Shown here: positions 44,024-54,886 of the stretch, in pieces
Numbering within the stretch: the stretch's first letter is position 1
Layout of the letters: every line of letters starts with the position of its first letter
Assembly: GCA_964594645.1 (NCBI GenBank)
Contig: CAZQNP010000003.1
Location: forward strand, 4,359-68,358
Source of the DNA: an uncultured Candidatus Planktophila sp.
GTDB lineage: Bacteria > Actinomycetota > Actinomycetes > Nanopelagicales > Nanopelagicaceae
Length of the DNA stretch: 64,000 nucleotides
Direction of reading: 5' to 3'
Made by a program: the position numbers and the translations under genes
The notes under the pieces: generated by a model
The model's database searches: none
Told to the model about the DNA's origin: nothing
Seen by the model: only the letters and a program-made list of their open reading frames with translations

Positions 44024-45112
44024 TTATGCAAGCCCCAAAGCTTTCGCTGCAATCTTTGCATTGACTGGAACAACGACAGGCTTCTTTGCCGCCTCTAGTG
44101 CGTAAGGAATGTCCTTTAATCCATGCCCTGTCACGGTAATAACAATTGTCTTGTCCTTAGGCAGCTTGCCCGCTTTCTTGTACTTGAGCAATCCTGCAAG
44201 ACCGGCAGCAGATGATGGCTCAACAAAGATGCCTTCTTTAGCTGCGATTAAGCGGTATGCGGCCAAAATTTCGCGATCAGTAACTGAATCGATTACGCCA
44301 CCTGATGTGTCGCGTGCTTCGACCGCTTGCTGCCAAGATGCTGGATTACCAATACGGATCGCTGTTGCGATGGTCTCTGGATTCTTAACAACCTTGCCCT
44401 TAACGATTGGCGCAGCACCTGCTGCTTGGAAGCCGTACATCATCGGTAGCTTAGTTGTGAGACCATCCTTGTTGTACTCCTTGTAGCCCTTCCAGTAAGC
44501 GGTGATGTTTCCTGCGTTACCAACCGGGAGTGCGTGAATATCAGGAGCATCGCCCAACATATCTACAACCTCAAAGCTTGCAGTCTTTTGTCCTTCAATG
44601 CGGAATGGATTTACTGAGTTAACAAGTGCAACTGGATAATTTTCAGATAGCTCGCGTGCAAGGGTTAAGCAATCATCAAAGTTTCCGTTGACCTGCAAAA
44701 TTGTTGAATCATGAATAACCGCTTGTGCAAGCTTTCCCATTGCGATCTTGCCCTTAGGAATCAATACCGCTGGACGCATACCTGCCTTAACAGCGTAGGC
44801 AGCAGCTGACGCTGATGTGTTTCCGGTTGATGCACAGATAACAGCCTTTGCGCCATCTTCTGCAGCCTTTGAAATCGCCATTGTCATTCCGCGATCTTTA
44901 AAGGAGCCGGTTGGGTTTAAGCCTTCGTACTTGATCCAAACATTGTTACCAAGAAGCTCTGAAAGATTGCATGCATAAATAAGTGGAGTGCCACCTTCGC
45001 GCAATGAAACGATCGGCGTCTTAGCGCTAACTGGAAGACGATCGCGATACTCCTCGATGACTCCGCGCCATTGGTGCGCGCCAGCCGCCTTCTTGCGCGG
45101 AAACATTGCCAT
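44024..45112 (-). CDS. thrC: Threonine synthase
   Basis: [36 protein letters not shown]. Confidence 0.96.
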   Translation of the reverse strand: MAMFPRKKAAGAHQWRGVIEEYRDRLPVSAKTPIVSLREGGTPLIYACNLSELLGNNVWIKYEGLNPTGSFKDRGMTMAISKAAEDGAKAVICASTGNTSASAAAYAVKAGMRPAVLIPKGKIAMGKLAQAVIHDSTILQVNGNFDDCLTLARELSENYPVALVNSVNPFRIEGQKTASFEVVDMLGDAPDIHALPVGNAGNITAYWKGYKEYNKDGLTTKLPMMYGFQAAGAAPIVKGKVVKNPETIATAIRIGNPASWQQAVEARDTSGGVIDSVTDREILAAYRLIAAKEGIFVEPSSAAGLAGLLKYKKAGKLPKDKTIVITVTGHGLKDIPYALEAAKKPVVVPVNAKIAAKALGLA

Positions 45113-46407
45113 CAGTTTTGTGCTCCTTCAACGCGAATGACGCTTTCAACCTTGCTAACAATGTCCATCTTCTTAAGCTTCTCAATACATGCATCGAGTG
45201 CATCCTCAGATGCTGCGTGAGTTACCACAACCAACTCTGCATCTTCGCCCAAACCTGCCTGGCGAACGGTTTGAATAGAAACATTTTCACTGGCAAAGGT
45301 TTGAGCAATTGAGGCTAAAACACCTGATTTATCAGCCACATGCAGACGTACGAAGAACTGTGACTTAACTGCGCCAATAGGTGCGATATCAAGATCTGCG
45401 TAATCTGATTCGCCGTATCCAACTGTTGAATAAGCAGCATGTCGGGCAACGGCAACTAGATCGCCAAGGATTGCAGATGCTGTTGGTGCGCCACCTGCTC
45501 CGCGACCGTAGAACATCAGTTGCCCTGCAGCTTCAGCTTCAACATATACAGCGTTAAATGCGTTACGGACAGATGCCAAAGGATGTGAGTTAGGCAGAAT
45601 GACGGGATGAACTCGAACAGAGATCTCATCCTTAACGGTTAGCTCTGCGATTGCGAGCAGTTTGATTACGCTGTTCATAGCCTTTGCAGCTGCAACATCA
45701 TCGGCTGAAATCTTTGAAATACCTTCGCAGTAAACCTCATCAATAACTACAGTGCTGTGGAATGCCAGGCTTGCAAGTAAGGCAGCCTTCGCCGCCGCAT
45801 CGTGTCCTTCAACATCAGCCGTTGGATCTGCTTCGGCATAACCTAGAGCTTGTGCTTCCTTTAACACCTCATCAAAGGCGCGACCTTCTTCATGCATCTT
45901 TGTCAGAATGTAGTTTGTTGTGCCGTTAACGATTCCCATAACGCGGGTGATCTGATCTCCAGCTAATGACTCACGCATTGAGCGAATAATTGGAATCGCA
46001 CCAGCTACAGCTGCTTCGTAGTAAAGATCTACTTTGGCAGCATCTGCTGCGTTAAAGAGTTCATGTCCATGAGTTGCAAGCAAAGCCTTATTTGCAGTGA
46101 TTACTGATTTACCATTCTTGATCGCTTCAAGAATTAAACTCTTGGCAGGTTCGATCCCACCCATAACTTCAATAACGATGTTGATGCTTGGATCTGAAAC
46201 AATTGAATGAAGATCAGTTGTGATAAATGCTGGATCTACACCTTCGCGCGGACCAGAATTACGAACACCAACCTTTGAAAGTTTTAGCACCGCACCTGAG
46301 CGCTCAGAAAGCTCCTGCTCATCATCTTGAAGCAGGCGGGCGACCTGGCTGCCTACAACGCCGCAGCCGAGCATGCCAATTGATAGTTGCTTAGCGCCCG
46401 AGTTCAT
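45112..46407 (-). CDS. hom: Homoserine dehydrogenase
   Basis: [26 protein letters not shown]-terminal ACT domain. Confidence 0.95.
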   Translation of the reverse strand: MNSGAKQLSIGMLGCGVVGSQVARLLQDDEQELSERSGAVLKLSKVGVRNSGPREGVDPAFITTDLHSIVSDPSINIVIEVMGGIEPAKSLILEAIKNGKSVITANKALLATHGHELFNAADAAKVDLYYEAAVAGAIPIIRSMRESLAGDQITRVMGIVNGTTNYILTKMHEEGRAFDEVLKEAQALGYAEADPTADVEGHDAAAKAALLASLAFHSTVVIDEVYCEGISKISADDVAAAKAMNSVIKLLAIAELTVKDEISVRVHPVILPNSHPLASVRNAFNAVYVEAEAAGQLMFYGRGAGGAPTASAILGDLVAVARHAAYSTVGYGESDYADLDIAPIGAVKSQFFVRLHVADKSGVLASIAQTFASENVSIQTVRQAGLGEDAELVVVTHAASEDALDACIEKLKKMDIVSKVESVIRVEGAQN

Positions 46408-46440
46408 GGGCTTATTCTTTCACAGATGGCTTGAACGGCG

Positions 46441-47748
46441 TTAAATATCCAGCGCTAAGAGATCTTCAATACTCTCTCGGCGAACAATTACGCGAGCTTT
46501 TCCATCCTTTACTGCAACAACAGATGGACGAGGCACATGGTTGTAGTTGCTCGCCATGCTGCGTCCATAAGCACCTGTTGCCGGAACAGCTAGTAAATCA
46601 CCCGGCACGATGTCTTCGGGCAAATCAATGTCGCGAATGATGATGTCACCGGTTTCGCAATGCTTTCCTACCAAGCGGCTAGAAGTCTTTGCAGCGGTGC
46701 TGGTGCGGTTAGCAAGAATGGTTGTGTATTCAGCGCCATAGAGCGATGGGCGAATGTTGTCACTCATGCCACCATCTACTGAGATGTAACGACGATGTGC
46801 ACCGTTTTCTAAGGTCACATCTTTAACGGTTCCAACCTCATACAAGGTAAACATAGTTGGCCCAACAATTGCGCGGCCTGGTTCGATTGAAACAATCGGA
46901 AGTTGAAGATTAAGTGCGGCGCAATGCTTCTTAACCGCGCTTGCAAGCGTCTGCATGGCATCACGAGGATCAACAGTTACATCATCTTCAAGATATGCGA
47001 TTCCGTACCCACCACCAAGATCTAGTTCGGGTAACTCTTTCTTAAACTCATCTCGATACTTGGCCAAGAAGGTTACAAAACGCTCTGCCAAGATTTCAAA
47101 GGATTCAAAGCCAAAGATCTGAGATCCAATATGTGCATGGAAACCACGAAGCTCTAAAGATGAATGGCTATGCACTGTGGTAATTGCAGCCCATGCCGCA
47201 CCGCTTGCAATTGAGAAACCAAACTTCACATCTTCATGGGCTGTTGAGATTGATTCATGTGTATGGGCTTGAATGCCAGGTGTTAGGCGCAGCAGAACCC
47301 GCTGAACCTTTCCGGCTTTTGCTGCAGCCGCTGCCACACGATCGATTTCATACATTGAGTCAATAACAATTGTTTCAACGCCAACGCTGATCGCTTTTTC
47401 GATTTCGGCAATTGACTTATTATTGCCATGAACTTCGATCTTCTTGGGGTCAATACCACCAGCAAGTGCAACAGCCATTTCGCCCGCGGTACTGACATCA
47501 ATGCCGATACCTAAATCCTTAATCCAACGAGCAACCTCGGTGCAGGAAAAGGCCTTTGATGCGTAATAAACAGTGCCAGCTTTATCGCCAAAAGCCTCTT
47601 TTAGGGCTTCATTCCAAGCCAAAGCACGTGTACGAAAATCTGCTTCATCAATAAAAAATGTTGGTGTTCCAAAATCTTTTGCTAATTGTTTTGCAGTAAT
47701 TCCGGCGATGGAAAGTTCGTTACCGGTTTGAACAGAAGATGACCACAT
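46441..47748 (-). CDS. lysA: Diaminopimelate decarboxylase
   Basis: YASKA, HGNNKS, HIGSQ, EPGR, HCETGD, TGAY. Confidence 0.95.
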   Translation of the reverse strand: MWSSSVQTGNELSIAGITAKQLAKDFGTPTFFIDEADFRTRALAWNEALKEAFGDKAGTVYYASKAFSCTEVARWIKDLGIGIDVSTAGEMAVALAGGIDPKKIEVHGNNKSIAEIEKAISVGVETIVIDSMYEIDRVAAAAAKAGKVQRVLLRLTPGIQAHTHESISTAHEDVKFGFSIASGAAWAAITTVHSHSSLELRGFHAHIGSQIFGFESFEILAERFVTFLAKYRDEFKKELPELDLGGGYGIAYLEDDVTVDPRDAMQTLASAVKKHCAALNLQLPIVSIEPGRAIVGPTMFTLYEVGTVKDVTLENGAHRRYISVDGGMSDNIRPSLYGAEYTTILANRTSTAAKTSSRLVGKHCETGDIIIRDIDLPEDIVPGDLLAVPATGAYGRSMASNYNHVPRPSVVAVKDGKARVIVRRESIEDLLALDI

Positions 47749-47751
47749 TGG

Positions 47752-49416
47752 TTACATCCTCTCCGGTGCCTTAACACCCAATAGATCAAGTCCATTGCTG
47801 ATTACCTGCTTCGTTGCGGTACACAGTAATAGACGTGCTGTGTGCAACGCAGTTAATTTTTCTTCGCCCATTGGTAGAACGCGGCAATCGTTGTAGAAGC
47901 CGTGATAGGTACCAGCTAACTCTTCAAGGTAACGGGCGATGCGATGTGGCTCTCGGTACTCGGCGGCACTAGCAACTACGCGTGGAAACTCTGCCAACGC
48001 ACCTAGTAACTCATTCTCGCGATCATGCGAAAGTTGTGATGGGTCAAAATCCTTAAGCTCTAAAGAGGCGCCCAGTTCTTGGGCGTTACGCAAAACCGCA
48101 GCGATACGAGCATGGGCGTACTGAACGTAGTACACAGGGTTCTCATTGGTGTTTCGCTTCAATACATCTAGATCCATCACCATAGGAGTATCGACTGGGT
48201 ACCGAATCAAGGTGTAGCGAGCTGCATCAACCCCAACCTTTTCAACCAACTCTTCGAGAGTAATGATTGTTCCGGCGCGCTTAGAAAGCTTTACCTCTTC
48301 GCCGCCCTCCATAATCTTTACCAGTTGGCCGATCAGTACGTGGATGTTGTACTCGGGATTATCACCAGCACATGCGGCGGTTGCCTTTAAGCGACCAATG
48401 TAACCATGGTGATCTGCGCCCAACATATAGATACAGATATCAAAGCCACGTTCGCGCTTGTTAATGTAATAAGCGGTATCTGAAGCAAAGTAGGTAAGCG
48501 AGCCATCGCTCTTTGTCATTACGCGGTCTTTGTCATCGCCAAAATCAGTGGTGCGCAGCCATACCGCCCCATCTACCTCAAATACATGTCCTTGGGCGCG
48601 CAGCTTTTCCATTCCATGCTCTACCGCACCTTGTTCATGCAGTGAGCGTTCTGAAAACCAGACATCAAAATGTGTATTAAAGGTATCAAGAACACGTTGT
48701 TGGTCCTTGAGTTGTAATTGATAAGCCGCTTCTCGGAAAGCTACTACGCGATCTGCTTCAGGTAAATCCTTGATGCCCGAATTCTGTGCAACAACATCTG
48801 CTGCTAAATCTTTGATGTAATCGCCCTGATATCCATTTTCAGGAACCGGGTTTCCAAGTGCAACCGCTTCAACGGATTGACCAAAGTAATCCATTTGGTT
48901 TCCGCGATCATTGATATAAAACTCACGAGTTACTTGTGCACCTGCTGCCGTTAGAACACGACCTAACGCATCGCCAACTGCTGCCCAACGTGTGTGACCG
49001 AGGTGAAGTGGGCCTGTTGGATTCGCACTAATAAATTCGAGGTTGATCTTTACACCAGCGAGCGCATTACCTTTTCCGTAATCCTTTGTTGCCTTCAAAA
49101 TCGTTTCAACAAGTGCTGCTTGGCTTGCACGGTTCAAAGTAATGTTGATAAAGCCAGGACCTGCGATATCAACCTTTGAAATTCCATCAACACCATTTAG
49201 TTGGTCGGCAATTACCTGCGCAACATCGCGCGGATTCATTCCTGCAGGCTTTGCCAGTTGTAATGCAATAGATGATGCATAGTCGCCATGGGTGCGATCC
49301 TTGGGGCGTTCTAGCTTGATTGCATCCGGGGCTGTCCCGGTCAGAGCGCCAGACAGCAGGGCGCGGCCGATAGCCGCCTTAAGGGCGGCCTCAAGCTGCT
49401 CAACCTGGGTGGACAT
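47752..49416 (-). CDS. argS: Arginyl-tRNA synthetase
   Basis: SANPTGPLHLGH, GADHHGY, LSKRAG, YVQYAHAR. Confidence 0.97.
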   Translation of the reverse strand: MSTQVEQLEAALKAAIGRALLSGALTGTAPDAIKLERPKDRTHGDYASSIALQLAKPAGMNPRDVAQVIADQLNGVDGISKVDIAGPGFINITLNRASQAALVETILKATKDYGKGNALAGVKINLEFISANPTGPLHLGHTRWAAVGDALGRVLTAAGAQVTREFYINDRGNQMDYFGQSVEAVALGNPVPENGYQGDYIKDLAADVVAQNSGIKDLPEADRVVAFREAAYQLQLKDQQRVLDTFNTHFDVWFSERSLHEQGAVEHGMEKLRAQGHVFEVDGAVWLRTTDFGDDKDRVMTKSDGSLTYFASDTAYYINKRERGFDICIYMLGADHHGYIGRLKATAACAGDNPEYNIHVLIGQLVKIMEGGEEVKLSKRAGTIITLEELVEKVGVDAARYTLIRYPVDTPMVMDLDVLKRNTNENPVYYVQYAHARIAAVLRNAQELGASLELKDFDPSQLSHDRENELLGALAEFPRVVASAAEYREPHRIARYLEELAGTYHGFYNDCRVLPMGEEKLTALHTARLLLCTATKQVISNGLDLLGVKAPERM

Positions 49417-49596
49417 TGGGCAAGGTTATCGCGCGCCCGCATGGGCGTTATCGAAACGTTAGATAAAGGGGTGAGATTTCTGGGCAAATCTAGTGACCTT
49501 TTTAGCCTTGAGTACTACTTTCTATACACGTTGTGCCCTCCACATCTGGCCGAAATAGCTCGGCCAGGGGCAAAACACCTTTGAAAGGTTCGATAT

Positions 49597-50667
49597 ATGA
49601 AGAAGCTTCGTTACGCGCTTACAGCACTAGTTGCTGTATTCGCACTCGTACTAACAGGTTGCTCGAGCTCATCAGATTCTGCGGGCGACGGTTTCGTCGG
49701 CGTAATTCTTCCTGATGCAGCATCATCAAACCGCTGGGAAACCGCTGACCGCGGATTCCTACAAGCAGCGTTTGATGCAGCCGGAGTTAAGGTAGATATT
49801 CAAAACGCAAATGGTGACAAGGAACAATTCGCAACAATTGCAGACCAGATGCTTACAGCTGGTGCAAAGGTTCTTATCCTTGTAAACCTAGATTCAGATT
49901 CAGCTAAGGCCGTTCAGGACAAGGCTGCAGCACAGGGTGTAAAGACAATCGACTACGACCGTCTAACACTTAATGGCTCAGCTTCATACTACGTTTCATT
50001 TGATAACGAAGCAGTTGGTCGTTCACAAGGTGAAGGTATCAAGGCATGTCTTGATGCAGCAGGAAAGAAAAATGCACGTATCGTCTACTTGAACGGTTCT
50101 CCTACTGACAATAACGCAACTCTATTCAAGGCTGGTTACGATTCTGTACTACGTCCTTTGATCGATGCAGGAAACTACACACTTGTTGATGACCAGGCTG
50201 TTCCAGACTGGGATAACGCAAAGGGTGGAGTAATTTTCGAACAGCAACTAACTAAGGCTGGCGGAAAGCTTGATGCAGTTGTTTCAGCTAACGAAGGTCT
50301 TGGACTTGCAGCGATCGCTGTTCTTAAGAAGAACAAGCTAAACGGCAAGGTCTGTGTATCTGGTCAGGATGCAACTGTTGATGGACTGCGTGCAGTTCTA
50401 ACAGGAGACATGTCAAACACTGTCTACAAGGCTATTAAGGCACAGGCAGAAGCAACAGCAGCACTTGCAATCACACTGCTCCGCGGTGAAGAAGCAACTA
50501 CTGCAACTGCAACAGTAAACAACGGCTCAATCGATGTACCTTCAGTTCTATTGGTTCCAGTCGGTATCACAAAGGCAAACGTCAAGGACGTAATTGCTGA
50601 TGGATTCCAGACTCGTGAAGCAGTGTGCGAAGGCATCGAAGAGCTTTGCACAGCTAACGGAATCTAA
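49597..50667 (+). CDS. D-xylose/monosaccharide ABC transporter substrate-binding lipoprotein (XylF/ChvE-like)
   Basis: Lipobox LTGC, RWETAD, YDRL, SFDNE.VG, TDNNA, GQDA, VYK; adjacent to xylA. Confidence 0.88.
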   Translation: MKKLRYALTALVAVFALVLTGCSSSSDSAGDGFVGVILPDAASSNRWETADRGFLQAAFDAAGVKVDIQNANGDKEQFATIADQMLTAGAKVLILVNLDSDSAKAVQDKAAAQGVKTIDYDRLTLNGSASYYVSFDNEAVGRSQGEGIKACLDAAGKKNARIVYLNGSPTDNNATLFKAGYDSVLRPLIDAGNYTLVDDQAVPDWDNAKGGVIFEQQLTKAGGKLDAVVSANEGLGLAAIAVLKKNKLNGKVCVSGQDATVDGLRAVLTGDMSNTVYKAIKAQAEATAALAITLLRGEEATTATATVNNGSIDVPSVLLVPVGITKANVKDVIADGFQTREAVCEGIEELCTANGI

Positions 50668-50698
50668 TCTCCGTCAGTTAAAGCAGTAATAGATATAG

Positions 50699-50736
50699 GT
50701 TGCGGCTCGGAGGTATCTCCGAGCCGCAACTTCTTT
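50699..50736 (+). terminator. Strong hairpin after the binding-protein gene (partial terminator or mRNA stabiliser)
   Basis: Perfect 14-bp stem GTTGCGGCTCGGAG-gtat-CTCCGAGCCGCAAC followed by TTCTTT. Confidence 0.75.
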
Positions 50737-50774
50737 ACTTCAAAAGATTTAACGCCAAAAGAAACAGGGAGTTC

Positions 50775-51551
50775 ATGACAACACCGCTACTGTCCTTAAG
50801 AGGAGTTAATAAATCCTTTGGACCAGTTCATGTCCTAAAGGATGTTAACTTGGATGTTCATGCAGGTCAGGTCACCGCACTTGTTGGAGACAACGGTGCA
50901 GGTAAAAGCACGCTGATCAAGTGCATCGCCGGTATCTACACACCTGAAGCGGGTGAGTTCCTATTTGAAGGTAACAAGGTCTCAATCAGTGGTCCGCGTG
51001 ATGCGACCGCACTTGGAATTGAGATTGTGTATCAAGATCTGGCGTTGTGTGACAACTTGGACATCGTCCACAATATGTTTTTGGGCCGTGAGCAAAAGCG
51101 CGGACCAGTTTTAAATGAAACTTCTATGGAGGCACTCGCCCGTAAGACTTTAGATGGCTTGAGTGTGCGTACGGTTAAATCAATCCGTCAAACAGTTTCA
51201 TCACTTTCTGGTGGGCAACGCCAAACTGTTGCGATCGCCCGTGCAGTTCTTTGGAATAGCAAGGTTGTAATCCTTGATGAGCCAACCGCTGCACTTGGTG
51301 TTGCGCAAACCGAACAGGTACTTAACCTTGTGCGACGTCTTGCAGATAATGGTTTAGCTGTGGTTTTAATTAGCCACAACCTCAACGATGTATTCGAGGT
51401 TGCAGACAACATCGCAGCGCTTTATCTAGGAAACATGGCCGCTCAGGTTAATAAAAATGAGGTAATTCCAAGACAGGTAATTGAATTAATCACTACTGGA
51501 AAATCTGCTGGAGTCGATGCTCCATCTGCAAACACAGGAGCGAAAAAATGA
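50775..51551 (+). CDS. Sugar ABC transporter ATP-binding protein
   Basis: GDNGAGKS, YQDLALCDNL, LSGGQ, LDEPTAALG, ISHN; ATG 50775 after SD GGGAG. Confidence 0.92.
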   Translation: MTTPLLSLRGVNKSFGPVHVLKDVNLDVHAGQVTALVGDNGAGKSTLIKCIAGIYTPEAGEFLFEGNKVSISGPRDATALGIEIVYQDLALCDNLDIVHNMFLGREQKRGPVLNETSMEALARKTLDGLSVRTVKSIRQTVSSLSGGQRQTVAIARAVLWNSKVVILDEPTAALGVAQTEQVLNLVRRLADNGLAVVLISHNLNDVFEVADNIAALYLGNMAAQVNKNEVIPRQVIELITTGKSAGVDAPSANTGAKK

Positions 51552-52774
51552 GCATGAGCAATGAGGTAGAGGTTCCAACCATTAAGAGCGCTGTTGCCGA
51601 TTATTGGGCGCGAGTAAAGGCTGGCGATATCGGCTCTTTGCCAGCAGTTCTTGGCTTAGTTGTTCTCTGCATAGTGTTTGGCTCTTTGTCAGATGTCTTC
51701 CTGACCCCTGGAAACTTTGCCAATCTCATTACCCAGGCAGCTGCGGTAATCGTCATTGCAATGGGCCTTGTCTTTGTGCTGTTATTGGGCGAGATTGATC
51801 TCTCTGCTGGATATACCGCAGGTGTAACAGGTGCCGTGTTGGTTATCTTGATTACCAATGAAGGTCATCCTTGGTATGTAGCGCTGCTAGCAAGTATCGC
51901 TGTTGGAGTTTTCCTTGGTTTCCTACTGGGCACATTGGTTGCTCGCCTTGGAATTCCATCCTTCGTTGTTACCTTGGCGGCTTTCTTAGCATTTCAAGGA
52001 GTCTTGCTGCTGCTTGCAGGTGAGGGTGGAACTATTCGTATTGAAGATCCAACGGTGCTTGCGGTACAGAACTCAAATATGTCACCAACGGTTAGCTGGA
52101 TCTTCTTCCTGATTGTTGCCGTTGCATATGTGTTATCGGGTCTATCTTCTATGAACTCTCGTCGCAAAGCGGGTTTGAAGACTGAGCTCAAGAAGTTATG
52201 GATTATCAAAACTGCGGGGCTGCTTTTGATTACAGGTCTTGCAGTCTTTGCACTCAACCTTGAAAGAAGTAACAACCCAGATCTTGTAAGCCTTAAAGGA
52301 ATACCTTACGTGGTTCCAGTTATCTTGCTGCTACTAGTAATTGGAACATTTGTTTTAGGTCGTACCGCATTTGGTCGTCACATTTATGCGGTCGGTGGAA
52401 ATGCAGAGGCTGCGCGCCGCGCAGGTATTGATGTGAAGCGAATTCGCATCTCTGCCTTCATGATCTGCTCAGGATTAGCAGCGATTGCAGGCTTGATCTT
52501 TGCCTCTCGCCAAAACTCAATCTCACCAACTACCGGTGGAAGCTCAACACTTCTGTACGCAGTTGGTGCAGCTGTTATTGGTGGAACCTCACTTTTTGGT
52601 GGCAAGGGCAAAGTTCGCGATGCAATCCTTGGCGGACTTGTAGTTGCCGTTATTGATAACGGCATGGGTCTCTTGGGCTATGCAGCAGGAATCAAGTTCA
52701 TTGTTACCGGACTTGTTCTGCTGGTCTCTGCAGGAGTTGATGCGATCTCTCGTAGAGGCTCCAGTACTACTTAG
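51548..52774 (+). CDS. Sugar ABC transporter permease (XylH-like)
   Basis: GEIDLS, IPSFVVTLA, FGRHIYAVGGNAEAARRAGI, VIGGTSL.GGKG. Confidence 0.92.
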   Translation: MSMSNEVEVPTIKSAVADYWARVKAGDIGSLPAVLGLVVLCIVFGSLSDVFLTPGNFANLITQAAAVIVIAMGLVFVLLLGEIDLSAGYTAGVTGAVLVILITNEGHPWYVALLASIAVGVFLGFLLGTLVARLGIPSFVVTLAAFLAFQGVLLLLAGEGGTIRIEDPTVLAVQNSNMSPTVSWIFFLIVAVAYVLSGLSSMNSRRKAGLKTELKKLWIIKTAGLLLITGLAVFALNLERSNNPDLVSLKGIPYVVPVILLLLVIGTFVLGRTAFGRHIYAVGGNAEAARRAGIDVKRIRISAFMICSGLAAIAGLIFASRQNSISPTTGGSSTLLYAVGAAVIGGTSLFGGKGKVRDAILGGLVVAVIDNGMGLLGYAAGIKFIVTGLVLLVSAGVDAISRRGSSTT

Positions 52775-52778
52775 CGGG

Positions 52779-53930
52779 CTATAGCCCCATTAAGTGCTCT
52801 AGAGCGAGCTGATCTACCGCTTCATAGCCGTAGCCACGCTTGCCCGCTGCCTCGACATCAAAGGAATCCTTTGCAAGATCCTTCCAAGTTTCACCTGCAG
52901 CAAGGGTTGGCTCTGCAAGACCTGGAATGTTTGACTCCTTCATCGCTGCGATTACTCGTGGATCAGAACGGAATGCAGCTGCACGCTCTTTAAGTGCAAG
53001 GTAGGTGCGCATATTTGCACTAGCTGACTCCCAGACTCCCTTGTCATTTTCGGTGCGTGCCGGCTTGTAATCAAAGTGCTTTGGTCCGCTGTAGTTGTAA
53101 CGCTCAAGCAGATCAACTAAGAAGAAGGCAGATTTCAAATCTCCGTGACCGAAAACTAAATCTTGATCGTACTTTGGACCGTGCTGACCATTGAGATCAA
53201 TGTGGAACAACTTCTTGTGCCACAACGCTTGTGCGATTCCGTGAACAAAGTTAAGTCCAGCCATTTGTTCGTGGCCTACCTCTGGATTCAAACCAACAAG
53301 CTCGGGGCGATCTAGTGAGTTAATGAATGCTAGTGCATGTCCAATTGTTGGCAGGAAGATATCTCCACGTGGCTCATTTGGCTTTGGCTCAATTGCAAAC
53401 TTAATGTCGTATCCGTTGTCAGTTACAAACTCACCAAGGGTGTTAAAGGCTTCGCGGAAGCGATCAAGGGCAACATAAGCATCCTTTGCACCATCTGATT
53501 CAGCGCCTTCACGTCCACCCCAACAAACATATGTTGTGGCACCTAGTTCGACCGCAAGTTCGATGTTCTTCATGACCTTACGAATGGCATAACGGCGGAT
53601 GTCTTTATCATTCGAGGTAAATGCGCCATCCTTAAAAACTGGATGTGTAAACAAATTTGTTGTCGCCATCGGCACCTTCATGCCGGTTTCAGCTAAAGCT
53701 CTCTTAAAGCGATCGATGTGTCCACGTCTCGCGCTTTCATCGCTTCCAAATGGAATCAGATCATCATCGTGGAAGGTGACGCCGTAAGCACCGCGTGCTG
53801 CCAGCTCATTGACGGTACGAACCGGATCAAGGGCATCACGAGTGGCATCGCCAAAAGGGTCACGGGCCTGCCAGCCAACGGTCCAGAGACCAAAGGTAAA
53901 CTTGTCTGCAGGGGTTGGATTGAGTGACAT
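52779..53930 (-). CDS. xylA: Xylose isomerase (class I, actinobacterial)
   Basis: [47 protein letters not shown]. Confidence 0.96.
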   Translation of the reverse strand: MSLNPTPADKFTFGLWTVGWQARDPFGDATRDALDPVRTVNELAARGAYGVTFHDDDLIPFGSDESARRGHIDRFKRALAETGMKVPMATTNLFTHPVFKDGAFTSNDKDIRRYAIRKVMKNIELAVELGATTYVCWGGREGAESDGAKDAYVALDRFREAFNTLGEFVTDNGYDIKFAIEPKPNEPRGDIFLPTIGHALAFINSLDRPELVGLNPEVGHEQMAGLNFVHGIAQALWHKKLFHIDLNGQHGPKYDQDLVFGHGDLKSAFFLVDLLERYNYSGPKHFDYKPARTENDKGVWESASANMRTYLALKERAAAFRSDPRVIAAMKESNIPGLAEPTLAAGETWKDLAKDSFDVEAAGKRGYGYEAVDQLALEHLMGL

Positions 53931-54046
53931 TGCGCGTGAACCTCTCGCTCTAGGAAGGCCCTTGGGGGGCGTTTTGGAACATTGCTAACTTACCTCTAAT
54001 CTTGTCCCCTATCCATACCTCGGTGGTAACGCTTTGGTAAGGGTTT

Positions 54047-54127
54047 GCGGGAGTGGTGAAATGGCAGACACGCAGGTCTTAGGAACCTGTGTCTTCGGAC
54101 GTGCGGGTTCAAGTCCCGCCTCCCGCA
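54047..54127 (+). tRNA. tRNA-Leu (anticodon TAG)
   Basis: GCGGGAG-TGGTGAAATGGCAGACACG-CAGGT-CTTAGGA-ACCTG, long variable arm, GCGGGTTCAAGTCCCGC-CTCCCGCA. Confidence 0.96.
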
Positions 54128-54174
54128 CATTAGTTTTTCTTCAACACTAAACAATTAGAAGTTAGAGTCAAGCC

Positions 54175-54519
54175 ATGGCAAAGAAATCTCCAGCCAAAAT
54201 CAAAAAAGAGGCCGCTGAAATCAAGCGTGCCGCTGCAGCTCGCCGCGAAGAGAAAAGGTTACAAAAACTCAACGCTCAATCCACACCTGCGCAAGATGAG
54301 GTCGATCTTGAGTGCTACGCGTCCGTTGATCAGGCATGGGTCGAATTAGGACTTGGAGCTCCTGCACGTCGGGCTTTAATCGATGATGGGTTGTTCAAAC
54401 TATCTGATCTTCGAAAGACATCACTTGCCGCGATTAAAGAGCTTCACGGCATGGGGCCTAATGCAATTCGCATTTTGACCACTGAGATGAAAAAAGCAGA
54501 TCTATCCTTTAGAAAATAA
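54175..54519 (+). CDS. Stand-alone helix-hairpin-helix / RNA polymerase alpha-CTD-like protein with basic N-terminus
   Basis: LGAPARRAL...L..LHGMGPNAI pattern; leaderless TAGAGT-N6-ATG. Confidence 0.72.
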   Translation: MAKKSPAKIKKEAAEIKRAAAARREEKRLQKLNAQSTPAQDEVDLECYASVDQAWVELGLGAPARRALIDDGLFKLSDLRKTSLAAIKELHGMGPNAIRILTTEMKKADLSFRK

Positions 54520-54520
54520 A

Positions 54521-54796
54521 TTAGTTACTGAAGGCAAAGGCGATAATCGCAACACCTGCAATTGCAAGCAATGCTTTAACTTCGCGGCGACCAAGAATTG
54601 ACGCTAATGCAGGAACAAAGGTTGCGCCGAGGATTGCAGCTCCTGGTCCGAAAATTAATGCGCTGCGAGATACAACATCGGGCTCTCCCCATTGGTAGCG
54701 AAGGTTAATGAGGCCACAAGCAAAGAGCAGATAGCCACCCATTCGATAATTGTTGACCCAATACTTATCTAACTTTTCATTCTTTTCAGAGCTCAT
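54521..54796 (-). CDS. Small hypothetical membrane protein (about 3 TM)
   Basis: 91 aa with three hydrophobic segments; TAGACT-N6-ATG start. Confidence 0.7.
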   Translation of the reverse strand: MSSEKNEKLDKYWVNNYRMGGYLLFACGLINLRYQWGEPDVVSRSALIFGPGAAILGATFVPALASILGRREVKALLAIAGVAIIAFAFSN

Positions 54797-54815
54797 GTGA
54801 TTAGTCTATAAATGC

Positions 54816-54850
54816 AAACAGGAGTGCCGCTTTCGCGACACTCCTGTTTT
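54816..54850. terminator. Terminator hairpin downstream of the rhodopsin gene
   Basis: AAACAGGAGTG...CACTCCTGTTT inverted repeat. Confidence 0.75.
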
Positions 54851-54886
54851 AAGGATTCTTAGTTAAAAGAAACCACTAATCAAAGA

